Shown here one piece after another: positions 59,218 to 64,000 of a DNA stretch of 64,000 nucleotides (position 1 is its first letter; every line of letters starts with the position of its first letter). The stretch comes from an uncultured Pseudomonadota bacterium (GTDB lineage: Bacteria; Desulfobacterota; Binatia; Binatales; Binataceae), in the NCBI GenBank assembly GCA_963759165.1, contig CAVWXK010000001.1, positions 2,849,579 to 2,913,578 of the forward strand, read 5' to 3'. The translations under genes and the position numbers were made by a program. The notes below the pieces were generated by a model. The model had not been told where the DNA came from and did not search any database. It worked only from the letters and a program-made list of their open reading frames with translations.

Positions 59218-59289
59218 AAAACTTACACATAAACTTACACAGTCTCACAGCGATGAAGATGAAAGCTCAATTCTTTCAAGGAGTTATGA
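59218..59289 (+). repeat. AT-rich (about 35% GC) segment with three direct AAACTTA(C/T)A motifs abutting the tRNA 3' fragment; candidate integrase arm-type sites
   Basis: aaaacttacacat-aaacttacacag … aataaacttatagg. This is the lowest-GC stretch in the window and sits exactly at the island/tRNA-fragment junction. A related AAAACTC / TTACA motif occurs in the left arm (48403-48432). Confidence 0.4.
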
Positions 59290-59348
59290 ATAAACTTATA
59301 GGACTCAAAATCCTCCGTGCGCAAGCACATGCGGGTTCAAGTCCCGCC
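59290..59348 (+). pseudogene. 3' portion of the split tRNA-Leu(CAA) gene (anticodon-stem remnant, loop, variable arm, T arm, acceptor 3' strand, CCA)
   Basis: AGGA-CUCAAAA-UCCUC-CGUGCGCAAGCACAU-GCGGG-UUCAAGU-CCCGC-CCUCGGC-A-CCA. UCCUC and CCUCGGC are exact complements of GAGGA and GCCGAGG in the 5' fragment at 48333-48370. Confidence 0.65.
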
Positions 59349-59415
59349 CTCGGCACCAGAACATCCTCACCCGAGCAGGCGGGGGATTCAGAGAAGCGCG
59401 CCCTTCAGCCGGCCA

Positions 59416-60743
<1,328 letters not shown>

Positions 60744-60751
<8 letters not shown>

Positions 60752-62028
60752 GCGCTTCTTTCCTCAGCGGAATATCGACGATGAACCTGCTGCCATGACC
60801 GGGTTCACTCTCCACGAAGATGCGGCCCTCGTGAGCCTCGACGATTTCCTTGGCGATGTAAAGTCCGAGCCCGGCCGATCCCGCGCGGGCCGGATTGTCG
60901 GGAAATTGCGCGTAAGGCTCGAAAATCCTGCCGAGCAGCTCGCGGGCGATTCCGGGGCCGGTATCGGACACGACAATGCGCGCCGTGCCGTCGCGGCGGC
61001 TGAGTTCCACGGCGATTCGGCCGCGCTCGGGAGTGTAACGCAGCGCGTTGCCGACCAGGTTGGTAACTACCCACGGCAGCTTGATCGGATCGCCCCAGAT
61101 CGGGATTGGGCGATCCGCGACCGTCAGCTCGAAGCGGATGCCCTTGTCCGCGGCCTGCATCGCGAGCGGGCGGCAGACTTCTTCGAGCACGGCGGCGAGC
61201 ATAATCGGGCGGCGCTCGACGCTGATGCGGGCGGCGCTTGAACGCGAGGCGTCGAGCAAATCGTTGGCAATGGCCTGGAGACGACTGAACGTCCTCGCGC
61301 AATGAGGCGAGAATTTCCCGCCGGTGGGGATTCGACTCGGCGGACATCGACTCGGCCAGCAGCTCGGAGGCGATGGTAAGTGAGGTCAGCGGCGTCTTGA
61401 GTTCGTGCGAGAGCGTGCCGATCAGATTGGTGCGGGCGCGCTCCTGATCCCGAACAAAAGTGACGTCCTGGAGCAGCACGATGGTGCCGAGCGGCTCGGT
61501 GCCGGCGGCGCCGGACTGCGCGAGAGCGTCTCCATCGTTGTGCGCCGAATGCGGACCTGTCCACGGTAATCGGCGCGCGAGATAAGTATGATCGCGACCG
61601 CGGATGAAGACCTTGAACTCGGTCGGCGCGCCGTCGCCGCCGCGATCGCGCTCGAACGCGGCCGTCAGCCGCATCACGTGAGGATTGTGCCCGGCGAGTT
61701 GCTCCAGCGAGCTTCCGAGCACGCCGTCGGGCTCAAGCCCAAGGATCGCGCGAGCGACTTCATTGATATGGACGATGGCCCCGGTGCGGTCGAGCACGAT
61801 GAGGCCGTCTTCGATACTCTCGATGATAGCCGCGGTCTTGGAACGCTCGCGATCAAGCTCGGCAACGCGCGTGCTGTAGCCCGCCTGCATCCGTGCTACC
61901 ATCGTGCGTGAAAGCGCGTAGCTAAAAACGGCCAGCATCACCGCGCTCATCAGGAGCAGCAGCATTGACTCAGCGCGCTCCGTCAAAGATGAGCGCTGGA
62001 TAACAAACGCGTCGAGCGCCGCCGTCAT
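60744..62028 (-). CDS. sensor histidine kinase (TM, PAS-like, HisKA, HATPase_c), interrupted by an apparent +1 T insertion near 61285
   Basis: ORF 60805..62028 gives the N-terminal sensor plus H-box ([13 protein letters not shown]) up to …LREDVQ, then turns into nonsense. ORF 60744..61259 in the adjacent frame continues …[36 protein letters not shown]… through the N/G boxes ([13 protein letters not shown]; DTGPGIA; [19 protein letters not shown]). Confidence 0.8.
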
Positions 62029-62182
62029 CAGGACGAGAATCAGAATCTTCAGCCGGATGTGGCCGCATCCGGCTAAAGAACGGCCACTCCGGGCGGCTTG
62101 ACCTGCCTGCGGCGGCCGATGGGTAAGACATAGCGCATTGTACCGTCGCCGGCGGCGGGCAAATCAAGACGGAGGTTCCCCA

Positions 62183-62201
62183 CTTTGCAAAATGCAAAGT
62201 C
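62183..62201. promoter_or_regulatory. perfect palindrome ACTTTGCA-AAA-TGCAAAGT about 80 nt upstream of the candidate sigma54 promoter; candidate enhancer (UAS) for the adjacent NtrC-type regulator
   Basis: 8-bp arms with a 3-nt centre, located in the divergent intergenic region between the kinase operon and the transporter gene. Confidence 0.35.
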
Positions 62202-62281
62202 GGGAATCTCGAACTTCGTTGCCGAATGCAGTCCGGCCGCTACTGGAACCCGCAAATGCTGGAATTTTTTCATTGGCGCAG

Positions 62282-62297
62282 GCTTTGCGTCAGGATA
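62282..62297 (+). promoter_or_regulatory. candidate sigma54 (-24/-12) promoter TGGCGC-AGGCT-TTGCG driving the APC transporter gene
   Basis: The GG and GC dinucleotides are spaced exactly as in the TGGCAC-N5-TTGCA consensus. It lies about 75 nt upstream of the transporter ORF. Two sigma54-dependent activators are encoded within 3 kb. Confidence 0.45.
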
Positions 62298-62372
62298 GCG
62301 GTTTAAGCGTTACCAGCTCATTCGTTTCGCAAGAGGAAGCTTCGTTTGGCAGTAGCCACTAACCCCCCCCAA

Positions 62373-64000
62373 TTGGCGTCAGCGGCGCCGAGTTCTCCAG
62401 CAGCCAGCGGCAGGCAAACCAGGGTCATCGTGGTCACCTCCGCGATGCTGACCTTTATCTCGTTCTGGCGGGTCTCGGCGATCGTGCTATGCGACCTCGC
62501 GTCGACGGCCTACTACATCGGCGGCATCGTCGAGCAGGCGGTCGGGCCAGCGGCGCCGTACTTCATCTTTGCGGTGATGCTGTTCTCGTACGCGGTGCGG
62601 GCGGTCTACGTCGAGTCGTGCTCGATGTTCACGCGGGGCGGCGTATATCGGGTGGTCAAGGAAGCGATGGGCGGCACGCTGGCCAAGCTTTCGGTTTCCG
62701 CCCTGATGTTCGACTACGTTCTGACCGGGCCGATAAGCGGGGTGTCGGCGGGACAGTATCTCGCCGGCCTGATCAACGAGACCCTGAAGCAGGCGCATAT
62801 TCCGGTGGCGCTGCCGCCGGATTTCGCCGCGGCGATATTCGCGATCGCGATTACGTTTTACTTCTGGCACCAGAACATCATGGGGATCGAGGAATCGAGC
62901 GGCAAAGCGATGCGCATCATGCAGATCACCACCGTGATGGCGGTGATCACCATCGTCTGGTGCAGCGTGACGCTCTACACCCGCGGCTTTCATCTTCCGC
63001 CCTTTGTGCCCAAGTTCACGGATACCTCCCTGGGCTGGCTGAAGCATCTGCCGGCGGCACGCACCTTCGGCCTCCTGGGCATCATGATCGCGTTCGGTCA
63101 TTCGATTCTGGCGATGTCGGGCGAGGAATCGCTGGCCCAGGTCAACCGCGAAATCGAGGCGCCCAAGCTCAAGAATCTGCTCCGCGCGGGCTTCGTGATC
63201 TTCATCTACAGCATGCTGCTGACCTCGCTGATCTCTTTCTTCGCGGTGATGATCATCCCGGACAGCGTGCGGATGGCCCATTACAGCGACAACCTGATTG
63301 GCGGCCTGGCGATGTTCGTGGTTGGGCCGCTGTGGCTCAGACTCGCGTTTCGAGCGTTCGTGGTATTCGTCGGCTTCCTGATCCTGGCGGGCGCGGTGAA
63401 CACCGCGATCGTGGGCTCCAACGGTGTGCTCAACCGGGTGGCCGAAGACGGCGTGCTGCTCGACTGGTTCCGCCATCCGCATCCCCGTTACGGCACCTCG
63501 CATCGGATCATCAACATGGTCGCGATTCTGCAGATCGCCACCATCGTGCTCTCGCGCGGCGACATGTACGTGCTCGGCGAGGCCTACGCCTTCGGGGTCG
63601 TGTGGAGCTTCGTATTCAAGAGCTTGTCGGTGCTGGTGCTGCGCTATCGCAATCGCAGCCATCGGGCGTGGCGCGTACCGTTTAATCTCCCGTGGCCTAA
63701 AATCGGCGGAGTCGAATTCCCGGTGGGACTGGCACTGATCTTTTTGGTGCTGTTCGCGACCGCGATGGTCAATCTGTTCACCAAGCAGGTGGCGACGATT
63801 TCCGGCCTCGCCTTCACGCTGGTGCTGTTTGGCGTGTTCGAGATCTCGGAACGAATGAACAGCGGCGTCAAGCATGCTTACGGCGAGGAACTCGAAAAAT
63901 TCAACCTTGAAGTGGTCGAGGATGAAAGCACCATTAGCCCGGCGACTCTGGGATTGAACGGGCATGGAAAGAAGCTAATCGCGATCCGCGATCCCAATAA
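62373..64000 (+). CDS. APC-superfamily amino acid/polyamine transporter (3' end beyond window)
   Basis: The frame is open from 62307 to the window end and is not in the ORF table because it has no stop. It encodes …IGGIVEQAVGPAAPYFIFAVMLFSYAVRAVYVESCSMFTRGGVYRVVKEAMGG… and at least 11 further TM helices. The start may be TTG at 62373, GTG at 62430, or ATG at 62445. Confidence 0.8.
   Translation, partial: MASAAPSSPAASGRQTRVIVVTSAMLTFISFWRVSAIVLCDLASTAYYIGGIVEQAVGPAAPYFIFAVMLFSYAVRAVYVESCSMFTRGGVYRVVKEAMGGTLAKLSVSALMFDYVLTGPISGVSAGQYLAGLINETLKQAHIPVALPPDFAAAIFAIAITFYFWHQNIMGIEESSGKAMRIMQITTVMAVITIVWCSVTLYTRGFHLPPFVPKFTDTSLGWLKHLPAARTFGLLGIMIAFGHSILAMSGEESLAQVNREIEAPKLKNLLRAGFVIFIYSMLLTSLISFFAVMIIPDSVRMAHYSDNLIGGLAMFVVGPLWLRLAFRAFVVFVGFLILAGAVNTAIVGSNGVLNRVAEDGVLLDWFRHPHPRYGTSHRIINMVAILQIATIVLSRGDMYVLGEAYAFGVVWSFVFKSLSVLVLRYRNRSHRAWRVPFNLPWPKIGGVEFPVGLALIFLVLFATAMVNLFTKQVATISGLAFTLVLFGVFEISERMNSGVKHAYGEELEKFNLEVVEDESTISPATLGLNGHGKKLIAIRDPN

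Larger units (their letters stand above)
48371..59289 (+). mobile_element. putative integrated element / genomic island inserted in the anticodon loop of tRNA-Leu(CAA); no integrase gene found
   Basis: It is bounded by an 11-nt direct repeat AGGAC(C/T)CAAAA (48360-48370 and 59290-59300) that lies inside the two halves of a split tRNA gene. It starts with its own intact tRNA-Leu(CAA) gene. An AT-rich stretch with three AAACTTA(C/T)A repeats sits at its right end. Confidence 0.45.

Noticed and set aside
48371-59289. Searched the putative island and both flanks for an integrase, recombinase, transposase or excisionase gene
   Set aside because: No ORF with tyrosine- or serine-recombinase or DDE motifs was found. 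The mobile-element call therefore rests only on the split tRNA, the core repeat and the AT-rich arm. It is given low confidence.
62487-63965. 492-aa minus-strand ORF, the longest in this region of the ORF table
   Set aside because: The translation is Arg/His/Asp-rich low-complexity nonsense. It is antisense to a clean, hydrophobic APC-transporter frame that is open to the window end. It is a GC-rich antisense artefact.

Overview
This is a high-GC (about 65%), gene-dense window that looks like it comes from a Gram-negative bacterium. Almost all ORFs have recognisable products. From left to right the window contains the following.

1. A short-chain acyl-CoA cluster on the minus strand: a CaiB-type CoA-transferase, a MaoC hotdog, an acyl-CoA dehydrogenase and a second MaoC hotdog, followed by a crotonase. 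Next to it sits an acetone-carboxylase-type operon (hydantoinase A/B subunits plus a small Cys-rich gamma subunit).
2. A standalone CZB zinc-sensor protein, then a ribbon-helix-helix/MazF toxin-antitoxin pair flanked by an imperfect ~240-bp direct duplication of its own 3' flank.
3. A crotonase, a Cys-rich membrane protein and a glutamine-dependent NAD synthetase.
4. A thiamine-related neighbourhood: an orphan nuoI-like ferredoxin, thiC, and a rhodanese-ThiF fusion.
5. Housekeeping genes: a histidine phosphatase, VWA protein, LLM flavin oxidoreductase, TlpA-like thioredoxin, BolA and Grx4.
6. A ~23 kb Wzx/Wzy-dependent polysaccharide locus with nine GT4 and two GT2 glycosyltransferases, a Wzx flippase, an acyltransferase-3, two Wzy-like proteins (one fused to TPR repeats), Wzc and Wza.
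7. tenA, then the most unusual region. A tRNA-Leu(CAA) gene is split into a 5' part (48333-48370) and a 3' part (59290-59348), sharing an 11-nt core direct repeat. The 10.9 kb segment between them begins with a second, intact tRNA-Leu(CAA) gene carrying a cyanobacterial-type group I intron. It also carries a type III PKS, a flavoprotein, an ABC exporter, a haem lipoprotein, an aminotransferase, a YceI gene and a sensor kinase / sigma54 regulator pair. No integrase gene is visible.
8. A second, paralogous sensor kinase / sigma54 regulator pair and an APC transporter behind a candidate sigma54 promoter.

Nine genes are interrupted by single-nucleotide indels or an in-frame TGA. No CRISPR array, rRNA or transposase is present.
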